From NCBI GenBank assembly GCA_030390025.1, contig CM059431.1, positions 119,414,001 to 119,478,000 of the forward strand: a DNA stretch of 64,000 nucleotides. Reading direction: 5' to 3'. The notes beneath the pieces were generated by a model that was not told where the DNA came from, searched no databases, and saw nothing but the letters and a program-made list of their open reading frames with translations. Source of the stretch: Squalus acanthias (taxonomy: Eukaryota). The position numbers and the translations under genes were made by a program. Shown piece after piece: positions 24,701-37,331 of the stretch; within the stretch, counting starts at the first letter, position 1; each line of letters starts with the position of its first letter.

Positions 24701-26046
24701 TGAAACAATGAAAACATAATTCGTATGTTAAAAGTAACACATTTTGATTAGGAAAATGTTATTTTTCTTGCACACAGCTTATTTTTACTACTTTCCTTTA
24801 CGTTAATAAGGCCAGCTTTTGCTGTTGACTATCTAAGCAGTCAAAATGCCTCATATGGTCATACCAACCCTAAAGGAACTCTATTGGCCTCAGCACAATG
24901 TTTGAGGAGGAGCCACAATCAGCCATCATACATCAACTAACAAACAATATGCACTTCACCTTTAGTAAAGTAATGCAATTTATGAAATATTTTTACTTTT
25001 GTGCTGCACAATAATGCATAATGTGTTAATTGTAGGCTCAGATTCTGAGTAAAGATGTAGCTTTAATAAAAGCATTAGTGGAGAATTCATAACCAAGAAA
25101 CAACATAATTGCCTGATGACCTGGATACTGCAGTAAAAGTGATAGGAGTAGGTTTGCCCTAGATCTCAATTCCTGTATATGTTCAAATTCCCTTGTGGAA
25201 TGCTATCCATACCTCCACTGTCTCCCAGCTGTTATTCTTTGATCGTTGTCTCTTGATTGCTCCCAACTCAAATGCCTTAAGAATGGAGAGTAAGGTATGC
25301 CAATGTATTTCTGAGAATAGGGTTGAGTCACTACTGGTTTCCCTGTTAAGAATATGAGAACATAAATAGGAGCAGGAGTTAGCTATATGGCCTATCAAGC
25401 CTGCTCCGCCATTCAATAAGATCATGGCTAAACTTCTACATCAACTCCACTTTCCTGCTTTATCCCCATATCCCTTGTTACTATTAGCATTCAAACCTCC
25501 TTCCTTCAATGGTTCACAATGACACGCTTTGAGTAAGCACGAGACACTAGATGGTGGAGTATACAGAAAAGACTTTATTGATATACAGCACAGTGTTCGG
25601 CGTAACTGTGTACAGAGAGAGCAGCTTTTTGCTTTCTGCATCTTTCGAGCTCTCTGAAGAAATATTGAAAAACATGTTCCTTTATACACCGTGGGGGTGA
25701 AGTTCATTATCGCCCAGAATGGGCGCTAACTTCTGAAAAGTTTGAGATTTAGCGCCAGGCGCTAATGAATCTCGCTGCACACAAAATTCAGTGTCATCGC
25801 TCAAAGGATGGGAGCGCTGAATCAAGCGCTAATGACCTAGCTCAGTGGCTTTAGACTCAAAGCAAAAAGCAATTTCAGGTGCAGTCTAATGGCTAGTCAT
25901 CATTGCCTCAGGTTCTTTCCAGTTCTTAAAGGGGGGATTCAATCATGCTGCAGAACTTCATTCTCAGCGTTGCTGGTTCAACAGCTGTCTCAGCAAGCAG
26001 CAGAAGGCCCAGGAGAAGGAACCGGACCACTGAAGGAGGTGTCACT

Positions 26047-27664
26047 TGTAAGGGGTTTTGTCGTGCTTGTATTGCAGACGGTGCTGGTGTGAGGTTAGGC
26101 CTTCATTGCCTAATGCTATTGCTTGCTCTGGTCTCCGGCCAGCCTTGTTGCAATAAGCACCTGTGAGTGGTTCGACCCACTCGCCCTTACGGTTCTGACA
26201 CTGGACTTAGGTGCGAGAGCAGTAATGCAGAGAAAAACTCAAATAGACCCGGTTGAATAGTACGAAACGGAAATCTTTATTGCATAGCGTCCAAAATCAT
26301 GAAATACATGTCATAGGCGCAAATTAACGAGAGTACAAGTATACATACATTCATAAAGCTTGGTCTATGGTAATGAAGAACGCACGGCACATCGTAAAAA
26401 GGGGAACACATTATACTTTATCCTTAATAAAACCACCCTCCCCTATCAATACCTACACTACATCTAGATTTGTAGGATCGGGAAACATGCTCACCACTCG
26501 TGATACTTCGGAGAATTTTAAAGTGAGGCACTCGGCTCGTTTCGCTGCAGCACCTGACTGTCACGTGTTTTGAGGGGTCTCTGTACCCCACTTGTTTATC
26601 TTCGCTGCTGCGGCAAGCAGGCCGGTCTCCCCGTTGTCATGAAGAACTCGACAGAACTCGGACACGGTTCGAAGAAGAGTCTTCCTGTGTCCGACACCTA
26701 TTGCCGGTAGGATTCGAAAAAGAGTCTTCCTGTCCCTGACATCGGTTGTCAGGGGACTTCAATGAAAAGTTCTTTCTTGTATTTTCGGGCGCGGTCGGGG
26801 TTTACTGACCGCGGCGGCACGTGGATTCTTCTCCTCTTCTTCTCGTCTCGTCTCTTCGGGCCTTCGGGTCCAGACACCGTTTACCGACTCTCGGGATGGT
26901 GCACCCGGTCACTGGTCCTCGTTGAGGCGGCTTGTTCCGTTTGAGCTCCACCCAACATAGTCAACAGAGTCCAGAGAGAACACCGAAAACCCTCCGCAGT
27001 CAGCAGCGAGATAAGAGAATAAGGCCCCGAATCAAGAGAATAAGAGACCGATGGACATTTGTTCACTATAGTTATAGTGCTGTGTTCCCTTATCTCCCGC
27101 CCAAATCTTAATGTTTGTCCTTTGTGAAATATTGGTGCTCAAAACTCCCAGCATGGGGCGATTCTTGTCTTTAACGGGTTTCGGTAGCACCTGAAACTGG
27201 CCAACTACCCGTTAATGTTCTCCCCATTGTTGGCCCAGCCAGGATCGTATGAATCGTCTCCCTGACTGGTTTTGGGGGGCCCCCGAATGCTTGTTTAATC
27301 ACCCGAGAATGGCTCTCTCATTGTAGAGCCGTGGGGGTATTTGTGTATTGATGTGTCTGGATGGGCCTTCGATTGCCCAGCACAACGGTCCTTACTTGTG
27401 CATGGAAAACGATTCCAGCACTTATATCTTTTGCTATTGTCACAAATGCAAACAGTTTGCATCCTGTCTTATATTTGAAATGTATATTCGAACGCCATCT
27501 TGTCTGCCCACTGAAATTCTGGAAGCTTCTGCCACGATGCGCGGTGGCCATTTTACAGGCTTCTGTGTCCTTTATATCATGACAGCATTTCGTTTAAATA
27601 AACTGATCAAACGAATCTGCTTCTCTTTCGTTATTTTGAATCGCGATAACTGCGAAACTTTACA
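26047..27664 (-). mobile_element. Solo LTR, family A (1618 bp)
   Basis: TGTAAGG...CTTTACA ends with a perfect CACT TSD (26043-26046, 27665-27668). Confidence 0.93.
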
Positions 27665-27668
27665 CACT

Positions 27669-29560
27669 ATAGCAGATCAACGGCCCAGGGAGAGAGCTCG
27701 CAGATTCTGTGACCAGGCATTGGAGGCGTTGGTCTTCGCTGTGGAGAGACGGAGGGCGGTGCTGTACCCGGCAAGTGGCAGGAGGCCCTCGCCACAAGTC
27801 TTCCACGCCATGTGGAGGGAGGTCGCCCAGCAGGTCTCGGGCAGCACTGTGGTCCCCAGGACCCACACACAGTGCAGGAAGAAATTAAATAACCCCACTC
27901 AGGTGGTCAGGGTGAGTCAATGCTTCAACAAATGCTACATACCACCATCTGAACCATAGTCTGCACACACTGCCCAAAGCACCACACCCCCAGCACTCAC
28001 GCACCAACAATCTCCACTTACCAACACTCACACCCACATCTCACACCTTGCACACAATGACAGCTATTCAACTATGGCAGGCACATCTCCCAAACACATT
28101 GCTCCACACTCACTCACACACTTTCCTCTCTCTTGCAGGCCAAGGTTGCTCACAACAGGAGGGAGCAGGAATGCACAGGCAGGGGACAAACCGACACCAA
28201 CCAATTTCTGAGCTCGAGGAAAGAGTGCTGCAAATAACTGGGCGACCGGCGATGTTGACACCCTTGGGGACAACAACGGTATGTTCATCACGACTCCTTC
28301 TTACATCCCACCTCCCCCTCACCCCACAAGCCTTTCACACTTTCCAGCTAATCATGCTGTACGCATGCCTTTCTCCCTTCCTGCCCCTCTCCCCTCACCT
28401 TAACCCAACTCTTGTGCCTTTATGCTTTCAGATAATGAGCAAGCACCTGAGCAGCCTGTCCCTGAGGGCACCATGGAGAGTGAGGCAGAAGAAGAGGAGG
28501 AGGAAGAACACACCGCGTCACTGCATGTCTCACCCGCAGGCACCAGCTCAGATACTGGCACTACGCGTTCTTTAGAGGCTAATATAGTAGCGGGATCTGC
28601 ACAGGGTGAGGCACCGGGGATGAGCGGGCTGCAGCAAGGCCAGGGGGAAAGGGTAGCTCAGGGGCAAGCTCCCCGGAGGGCGAGTTCGCACACGAGTTCT
28701 GCTGCTCAGGACTCAGATGAGGACCTCGATGAGGAGGCCTTTAGAAGAAGGGTGAAGGGCATGCACACAGAGATGATAGATGCAATGGCAAGGGTGCCTG
28801 AGAGCCTCTCGGCAATGATAAGGAGCGTGGAGGAGCCCGCCTCCAACATTGTACAGAGCTCTGCGCATACCATGGAGCCCATCGTCTTCAGTCTGCAAAG
28901 ATTGCTGGACTCACAGAGAGACCGTGGCGACCCAGACCTCAAGCCGCATGTGTTGGGCGATGTCTCAGCTTCCATTGCAGCACAGGCAGAAGCCACGCAA
29001 CATCTTAGTGCTGTAATGCAGTCTATGCTTTATGCCATCGATTCTCAGACTGCTGTCATGCAGTCTCAGCTTGATGCCACGTAAGCTCTGACTGCTGCCA
29101 TCATGGCTGGGTTGACCACCGTCCACCGGGGCTTTCACGGTGTTGCAGCAGGCCAGCAATCTGTGCTCCAGCAGATTGGTAGTGATGCTGAGGTGCTGCC
29201 CCGGGGGAGTGGCAGTGGGTCAGTGGAGCAGGAACTTGCTGTCCTCTCTCAGGATAACAGCGTTCCTGCTCCCACCACTGGCACTCCGCCATTGCCCTTG
29301 TTGCTGCCTGTCATCCAGCCAGCCCAGACTGCTGCTGCCCAGCCTGAGGCAGTGCAGTCTACAGCAGGGCCTTTCAGGCCCAGAGCTGGTCAAGGGCATC
29401 CTGCAAGGCCATCTGAAGTCTCCCGCAGGGACACTCAACAGCCTTTCAACCGCCATGCTGCAGCCATTGGGCCAACACCTCGTAGGAGCACTAGAGTAGG
29501 CAAAAGCACTGTAACAAGGGCACTAAGGGATTGCACAAGGGTCAATAGAAAATATTGTTG
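27669..29560 (+). pseudogene. Harbinger Myb/SANT-like DNA-binding gene, three exons (27669-27911, 28139-28278, 28432-~29560), disrupted
   Basis: RERARRFCDQALEALV..WREVAQQVS..RTHTQCRKKLN; GT-AG introns; start codon reads ATA; frameshifts and a stop. Confidence 0.82.
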
Positions 29561-29713
29561 TTGTAAATATGTGTTCACTGATTATTGCTAAATTTATTAA
29601 TTGGCTTTTGATGATTTTGTGACGTGTCTCATTTCAGCTTTGCACTGTGATATGGCCTGCGGCAGGGATGGAATGATGGGGATGTGATGAGCAATGGGGA
29701 TTTGGGGTTTAAT

Positions 29714-30928
29714 TTATTGGAACCGCATTCTGATGAGGCGGTCATGGACCGCCCTTCCAGAAGGCCGATTGAGTGGCTGCCTCCTCCCTCGCTCCTGTTC
29801 CTGCTCCTCCTCCTCCTCCTCTTCCTCCTCGTCTTCCTCTTCCACTTCCTCTTCATCCTCAACCCCCTCCTCCTCTCCCTCTTCCTCCTCCTGAGGTAGT
29901 CCTGCAATCCCTGGTGGCAAGGGCTGGGCCCTCATGATGGCCAGTTTGTGGAGCATGCAGCAGACCACGACAAAATGGGACACCCGCTCAGCCGAGTACT
30001 GGAGGGCTCCTCCCGAGCGGTCAAGGCAGAGGAACTGTTGCTTGAGTACCCCGATGGTCTGCTCGATGATGTTCCTGGTGGCAGCATGGCTCTCATTATA
30101 TGAGTGCTGAGCTGGAGTGCTGGGTTTGCGGAGGGGAGTCATGAGCGAGGTGCAGAGCAGATAGCCGTTGTCTCCGACCAACCAGCTGCGAGCTTTACAT
30201 GGTTGCTGGAAGAGTACTGGCAAACTGGCCTGGTGCAGGATGAAGGCATCGTGGTTGCTGCCAGGATAGCGGGCATTCCCATTGAGGATTTGCTGGCTGT
30301 GGTCACACACCAACTGCACATTAAGTGAATGGTAGCCTTTGCGGTTATGGAAGACCTCAGGATTGTTATGTGGTGCCCGCAAAGCCACGTGGGTGCAGTC
30401 AATGGTGCCTTGCACCATGGGGACGCCCGCTATCCTGGCAAAACCCCATGCATGTTCGTCCTTCTTCTCTCTGGTGATGGGGAAGGAAATGTAGTCCCTT
30501 CTCTTACTGTAGAGAGCCTCCATGACCTCCTGGATGCAGTGATGGACGGCAAACTGCGAGATGTTCGCTATATCTCCTGTTGCAGACTGGAAGGAACCGC
30601 TGGCGAAGAAATTGAGGGCGATGGTGACCTTGACTGCCACTAAGAGAGCCGTGGTCACCCTGATCTACGGCTCGAGGTCTGGTTGCAGGAGGTGGCAGAG
30701 TTTGGTGACCACATCCTTGCTGAAGCAAAGCCTTCTAAGGCACTGCTCCCCACTTAATTGCAGGTCAGAGAAGTACTCTCGGAATACCCTCGGAGGGCAA
30801 GGACTCCTGTTGAGAGCCCTGATGGCCCTCCTCCTCCCTCTGGCCACATCTTGCAATCTTTCTCGCTGCCTCCGCTCCCTCTGCAGTAGATCCTGGAGGG
30901 CGAGGTCGATTGCCAGTACAGCCCCCAT
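29714..30928 (-). pseudogene. Harbinger (HARBI1-like) DDE transposase, ~404 codons, one in-frame TAG at 30665-30667
   Basis: The two listed ORFs share a frame; catalytic motifs IDCTH, GDNGY and IEQTIG intact; acidic C-terminal tract. Confidence 0.92.
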
Positions 30929-32739
30929 TAATGTAACCAAGTGTAGCACTTTGAAAATTTGTCACAATAAATGTAACAAATTTTTAGTCACAACACTCCT
31001 GATACCAAAGAACCTTTAAATGACTGAATTAAACTCTTGCACAATCGCAAACTGACAAGGAAGCAGTGAAACAGCACTAACCTGACAGCTGTGACTAATC
31101 CCTTTAAATAACGCCCCTGGAGCTGCCATCCGCCTGCTTCACGCCTCCTCTTCCTGTCGTTGTCGTGGTGAGGCTCTAAGGCAGGGGCCGATAATCAATT
31201 TGGCAGATCGGGCACTGAGTGAGCGTTGTACGCTCACTGACATCACAAGCTGCTTGGTGCTAAAGCCCCAGGCGCTAACTGTTAGCGGCGGCACTAAGGG
31301 GTGACTGGATTTGGCATGCGGCGCTGGATTCACCTCGCCCCGGTGCTACTTTGTTAGCCCCCCCGCCAGGCGCTAACGGGAGGTGCTAACCAACCGAATT
31401 TCTCCCCCCATATTTTGCCTACATCAAAGGTACATGTCACAGATAAGAGCTCATGACGTATCTGTTCCCAAATCCTTTGAAGACACTCTATTCATGTAAA
31501 CAGTTGTAGTTGTTTACTCAAAAGCTACTTCCCTTAAACATGACTTCCTGACCTAACCGTTCTTATCCGCTTTGAAGAACAGGTTTTATTAACCGTTATC
31601 TTTCTATACTATAGTTAATAGATCCCTCTACCTATGTTTATTGTCATAGCCACGAAAGTTACACCTTAATCACCCATGGATGATGCCATTATTGTCACTC
31701 ATGTCCTTACACAAACACCTTTCATATATAACACACAGACTCTAAAAGCAGCAGACAAGCCTTGCTTCCTTCGCATGACACTTCAAAGCCATCCTGTTTA
31801 TTTTGGAAAGCCTGTTGCTCTAAGATACAAAGAAGTTTGATTATTGGCCCTTAACTCCCCAAGATGTCCAACATACAACACTCCTGGATGTCCAAAAGTT
31901 ACCTCTGGACTGGACTGTCTCACTGCCCCAAGGTGGCTTGAACTTGGATGCAGAATTTGTGTAAATGAAAATATGTAGCTAATTCATCATAAAACTTGAA
32001 TTGAAAAAAATAATTACAGCTTAGAAATGGCTGGTCATTATTAATTTTCCTTGCTTGTTCCCTGTAGGGTATTCATCAGAATAAAGCATAAAACTTCTGT
32101 GAGGCCACCAGAGGTTTAGTCGGGTGGAACTTCTACTAGCCACTCTGATCTGGCTGTGACCCTGACCCAAATCCCGGGGATGGGATCATTTAAATAATGG
32201 GGATGAGTGCCCATGCCTGTCATAGCACAACAGGACATCCTCGCTATTGATTCATCAGAATATTGGAGCTCTGAAGATGAGCACAAAAGGCAAATTTTAG
32301 AGACAAGTTTAAAAGTTTTAGTATGCTCCAATGCAGGTCTCAAATTGAACAATGAATCGATCTCTCTGATATTCAATGACCTTTCAATTCCTCAGTGTTT
32401 CGTCACACTTGTGTTCAGGGTATATCCGGTGGTATTCCCAGGTTAGCCCATGAAAAGTTTCAAGCACACATCTGGTGTTGAGATGTAAGGGAGCGAGCAG
32501 TGGAAGCATCTGCCTCCCCTCCCTCGGCTTGAGATTTCCTGTCCAGTTCAAAAGAGGCAGGAACTCAGCAGTTCCAGGTACAGCCCCATTAGTACATCTC
32601 TCCATTCCCAGATTTCCAAGATATACATCATGCAATTTCTACCTTTAAATATCTCCTCCTTATCGGTTTAACTTTTTACTGCTAAATGTGATTCGAGGTT
32701 CCCAGGCCAATGGGAGCTTTCTCCTCTTTGCCAGATTTT

Positions 32740-33090
32740 CACTGCTTCCCTCCCACTCTGCTATTCTGCTGTAACAATTTACACCTTCCCTGGACCCAAC
32801 ATTTGTTTCTTTACCTCTCCCATTATCACTCCCTTTTGCCTTGCACCATCATCACTTTTGTCATTTAATCACTCCTGCCCTCCACCCTATCACAGACATT
32901 CCCCTTTGTCCTTTTCCTGCTCTCAATCTTCCCTAGCTCTGTCTTTGCTTAAAAACATTTCATCTCTGATATCTTCTAGTTCTGATGAATAGTTATCGAC
33001 CTGAAATGTTAACTCGGTTTCTCTCTCCACAGATGCTGCCTAACCTGTTGAATGTCACCAGCATCTATTTCAGATATGCAGTATTTTGCG
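32740..33090 (+). mobile_element. Old Penelope-like 3' terminus (family 2) with a degenerate hammerhead at 32979-33013
   Basis: Homologous to 38010-38378. Confidence 0.75.
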
Positions 33091-33130
33091 ATGCCTAAGT
33101 TAATGTACTCATAGGAAGTATAGATTGTTA

Positions 33131-34024
33131 GGGGTAGAAATTAGGTCGCGCCCCATTTGGGGCGCAAATATCGTCCGGACGCAAATATTAGCGCCTGGCG
33201 CTAATTATCGGCACTGACAGGAAACTTCACTTTTACCGCCCCGGGAGGTGAGTGGAGTGCTAAAGCAGGCGCTGCACACCTCTCTTAAGGCGCAAAGGCC
33301 GAGCAGTGAGGCGCTAACTCGGAGCGCTGGCGAAGCTCATGTAATGTCAGTCAGCAATGGAACACACACACAATGGCATGGGCCAGTTCTTAAAGGGGAT
33401 GGTTAATCTTGCTTTCCATCCACATCCTGTTCATTGCAGCCTTGAATCTCGGCCTGGAGAGATTTGCACATCAAATATGCTGGAAAGAACAATGGAGAGT
33501 ACCAGGCAAAGAGCTCAGAGTGCAGCTCCCACAGTCTCTGCTAAATCGATACAAGGAATGGCAAATCAAAATGAACCTGCAAAGTGCTGCTCAGTACCCA
33601 AAACTCCTTCACACAACGTTGAATCTCTCCAGAAGTCTCTCCCTCTCTCTCTCAGAATGCGTAGTTCAAAAATGCCACCAACAATAAAAGACAGGAATAG
33701 GCCCCCTTTAAATAGCGCCCCCCCCCAGCCCCACAGCGATTGATAACGTTCCAGTCTTCCGGTCGTTGGAAGCGCCAGGCGGTAAGGCAGGGGGCGCCAC
33801 TCAATTTCCGCTACGGGGCGCCCCAAGGGCGTTGCACCATGGAATGACATCACAATCTGTGCGCGCAGGTGGTCGCAGCGGTAAGTTTTAGCGCCGCCGC
33901 ACAATCTCAAGTTAAGTTCTCGAGCGGCGCAAACAGCGCTGCGCCCGGGCGTTAGCGGCTTAACGCCCCATTAGCGCCCTCTTAAGGCGCTAACGGGAGG
34001 CGCAACCAACTGAATTTTTACCCC
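33131..34024. mobile_element. Harbinger non-autonomous element
   Basis: TIRs GGGGTAGAAATT / AATTTTTACCCC; perfect TTA TSD; right end nearly matches that of 25693-31408. Confidence 0.9.
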
Positions 34025-34111
34025 TTAGTCTATAAAAACATAATAAATATTATGAAAACAAAAAATGAAGATATACTGCTGATACTGTGAAGCTTTTCAG
34101 TGAGAACATGT

Positions 34112-34749
34112 GGGCCTAAAAATTTGGTTGCTTTGCGCCTCCCATTAGGGCCCTAAGAGGGCGCTAATGGGGTGCAAAGCAACTAGCGCCCGGGCGCGGT
34201 GCCGCCAACGCCTCCTGCGAAATTCAGCGGGAGGTTAGCAGTGGCGGTAACCGTTAGCGTCCCATGGCGCTGCGCCACCGGCGATGATGTCATCACCATG
34301 CGCAGTGCCCCGCTCGCGCCCCGGCCGTGATTTTCGGTAGCGCCCGCTGACTTACCGGCGGACGCTACCTGCGGCCGGGGCGGCGCTAATTAAAGGGAAG
34401 GTGCCGGGCGGCCATTTTTGTTGCTGTCCGCCTGCCAACACCTTCTCCCTCTGCCGTCCCCGGCCTCCACTGCAGCCCCCCTGCGGAGTGCCGGCTACGC
34501 TCCATGAGCCTAGTACTTCTCTTGAGTGCTGGGCTCTTTTGCCGGCACCCCAATCCCTGGTGGCCCAACTGGGCCCCGGGTGGCGCTGCGCAAGGCCCCG
34601 CCCCTTTAATAAGGGGAGGAAGGCCTGCAGTACGGCGGCACGTAACGCCGCGATATTCACTCACAGCGCCCCAAGAGGGAGGCGGGGCGCTTCCAGTAGG
34701 GGCCCGGCGAAGTTAGCGCCCCAAAGGGGGTGTGACTTAATTCTTCCCC
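34112..34749. mobile_element. Harbinger-type MITE
   Basis: TSD TGT/CGT; empty site ACATGTGAT at ~7215; many GCGCTAA/TTAGCGC motifs. Confidence 0.85.
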
Positions 34750-35555
34750 CGTGATATCCTCATCCTATGCAGAAGAAGTATACTGATCGGCAGCTATCTT
34801 AAACTTTTTTCAGTGTTTAGAGTCATCACTGTGAGCTCAGCAAATAATTATAGATGAACCCAATCCCTTCAGTTTTGAATTATGGGGGAGGATTCAGTGA
34901 AGTAGAATTTTACAAAATAAAATTTCCATTTAAAAAGCTACAAGCCAATTAACTACCTTGAAAGAATACTAATAAAATCAGTCTGCAATGATGGAAGGTG
35001 CCATTTTTGGAGTGCACACTAATTTGAGCAACTGTAACTCCTACACCTGGAGCAGAGTATGTCTAATATACTTTAGGAGCTCTCCTGTGGTATTGCTCAC
35101 GGGTAGTCTTGGACCTGGAGCACAGTTTATGATATTTAGCTGCTAACATGGCCTGTGCCTTTCAGGCTGCTGCTCCAAAATAGGCAAAGATGGGTAGTTG
35201 TAGCCATTTATAAGCGCTATTCTGTCTTGCTCACTTCTGCAATAAAAACACACTCTATTTCAGGATCATCCTTACTTCTTTTCTGCAATACAAACTATTT
35301 CCTTTGTGTGCTCTCCCCTGCCCCATCATAAGGGTAAGAGCATTAGTCACCATGTTATGAATATGTACTTCTGACATAGAGCCTCTCAACAGTGTCCATC
35401 AAGAGATTGTGAGTGCGCTCTGCATAATTTTCCAACCAATAACATTATTGGAGGAAAATCATGGGGAGTTAGTTTTCAACTTCCTAATATGTGTTGCTGG
35501 TTTGGCAATTTCATAAAATCAGCCCTATTATACCAAAAATAATATACAATATACT

Positions 35556-36283
35556 GGGCCGGATTTTCCGACCCCCACGGGTGTGTACGCAGTGTGTACG
35601 CACCCATAGGGGCCTCGGAAGTGCCGGTTTCAGGCATGCGAAGCGCATGCGCTAAAACCCGACACTTGCAATCTGACAAGAAGCCCCTTGACAGATCCTC
35701 CACCTGCCCTGGAGAAGGGCTTCCGCGGGCAGAGAGTTCCGCTTTCTGCACAACTTCCGCCCGCTGAAAACCTTTAAAAATCTTACGCATGGTAAAAACC
35801 TGTGTAAGGCCTGCTTTTACCAGCATAAGAGTTTAAAAAAATAAAAAAAATAAAATGTTTTCGCTTATTTATAATTTTAAAATACTTTTAAAAAAGGTAA
35901 GTTTATTTTTAGCCCTGTAAAAAACTTTAATTATTTTTTTCAAAAAATTACATTTTTGTTTAAAGTATTTAATTTAATGTAATTTTAACTAATTTCAAAG
36001 AGGTGATTTAAAAAAAAAATATTTAATGTTTAACTGCGTTTTTTAAGTGATGCCCATTCATACTTTTGACAGATCTGTGCGTAGAGACCTGTCAAAAGTA
36101 TGAAGGGGGATTCCCTTCTTTGATTGGTTCCCCATGGCCCACATGATCCCAGGGGCGCTTGCGAACCGGAGAGGCCCAGGATCGTAAGTCTCAGGACCTA
36201 CGGAACCAGCAGGTAAGTGCGTAGATTTTTTCCGATCGGAGGCATCCGCAAGCAGGAAGCCTCTGATCGGAAATTCAAGGCCT
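35556..36283. mobile_element. MITE with AT-rich core and internal hairpins
   Basis: TIRs GGGCCGGATTTTCCGA / TCGGAAATTCAAGGCC; related to 47780-48542 and 51154-53619. Confidence 0.8.
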
Positions 36284-37331
36284 TTATTTTGCTTCTAAAG
36301 TGTAGGTGTGTGTCTATGTAAGGCTACAAAGTTGAATTGTTGTTACGTAATCACTGTGTGAATTCACATTCAGGGCATTGTAGATGACACTCCTGATGCA
36401 AGCCCCTCATCCTCTGCCAATGCCACTGCTCCTCCTCACTGTGATTAACCTAGTGCTCCTTCCACACTGACAATCTAAAGCCTCTGAGGTAGTTGTACCA
36501 GTGCTTGACACAGATAAAGTGAGTGACATAAGGCACTGCGAGATGCAGCTACTTCCATTTCACTGAGACCATCTACTGGTTCTTGGAGTCCATCTACTGA
36601 AAGTGGAGTGGGACTTACGTTAGACACCGTTCAACCAGTGCTTGCATGGTAATACATTGTATGTTATAGTGTAGTGCTGGAACATATGCTTGCGCGAGTG
36701 TGAGTGAGCAAAGGGAATAAATAGCCTTTACCAACTGTTGCAGCGTCAAATTCCACCCTCCCACTGTGGGAGCACTTAGCTGGAGGCCTAGTCCAGCCGG
36801 GAGCTCACCATGAATATGTAATTTGGTTGACCCTGGAAGTCAGCCATGTGCAGTGTGTGCATGGCACAAAGCCCACTGCACAGCATTTAAATGACGAGGT
36901 GCTGACTTTGGGAAATCAGCCCTTGTGGCTCATTCACCAGCATCCACTATCCTCTGCATCCTGGTATGCAGTTCTGGGCATTTTTCTTTGTTGAGATATA
37001 TGATCCGTTTCCTGGCTGATAGCATCTTTGCTTTAAAAAGAAAGCTTGAATATAAATCAAGTTTTAAACCGGAGTTCTTTGCTCATAATCAAATGATCTA
37101 GTGGTGTATCTACTGGTTCATCTGAGTAATTTTCTTTCTTTAGTAGTTTTGCAATATTGAGCACATAAAACATAAATTTATATGTTTTGGGATGGGATGG
37201 GATTTATATGAGATGTGACCCAGTTTAGCAGCAGGCAATGCTTTTTTTATAATATGACTGGCTCAATATCTAAGGTGAAAGGCTCTCAGTACTATATGAA
37301 ACAAAACTGAAACTTAAAAGGGAATATTTAG

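Larger units (their letters stand above)
25693..31408. mobile_element. Full-length two-gene Harbinger transposon with a solo LTR insertion
   Basis: TIRs GGGGGTGAAGTTC / GAATTTCTCCCCC; TSD CGT/CAT; convergent Myb-like and transposase genes. Confidence 0.92.
15447..35155 (+). repeat. Segmental duplication, copy B, expanded by separate TE insertions
   Basis: Same blocks as copy A in the same order and orientation, interrupted by elements absent from A. Confidence 0.9.

Noticed and set aside
27348..27959. 203-aa LTR-Myb fusion protein
   Set aside because: It runs antisense to the LTR's inferred transcription and reads into the Myb intron; most likely a chance in-frame join.
29714..30928. Domesticated host gene HARBI1
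   Set aside because: It lies inside TIRs and a TSD with a Myb partner, has a premature stop, and has several related copies nearby.
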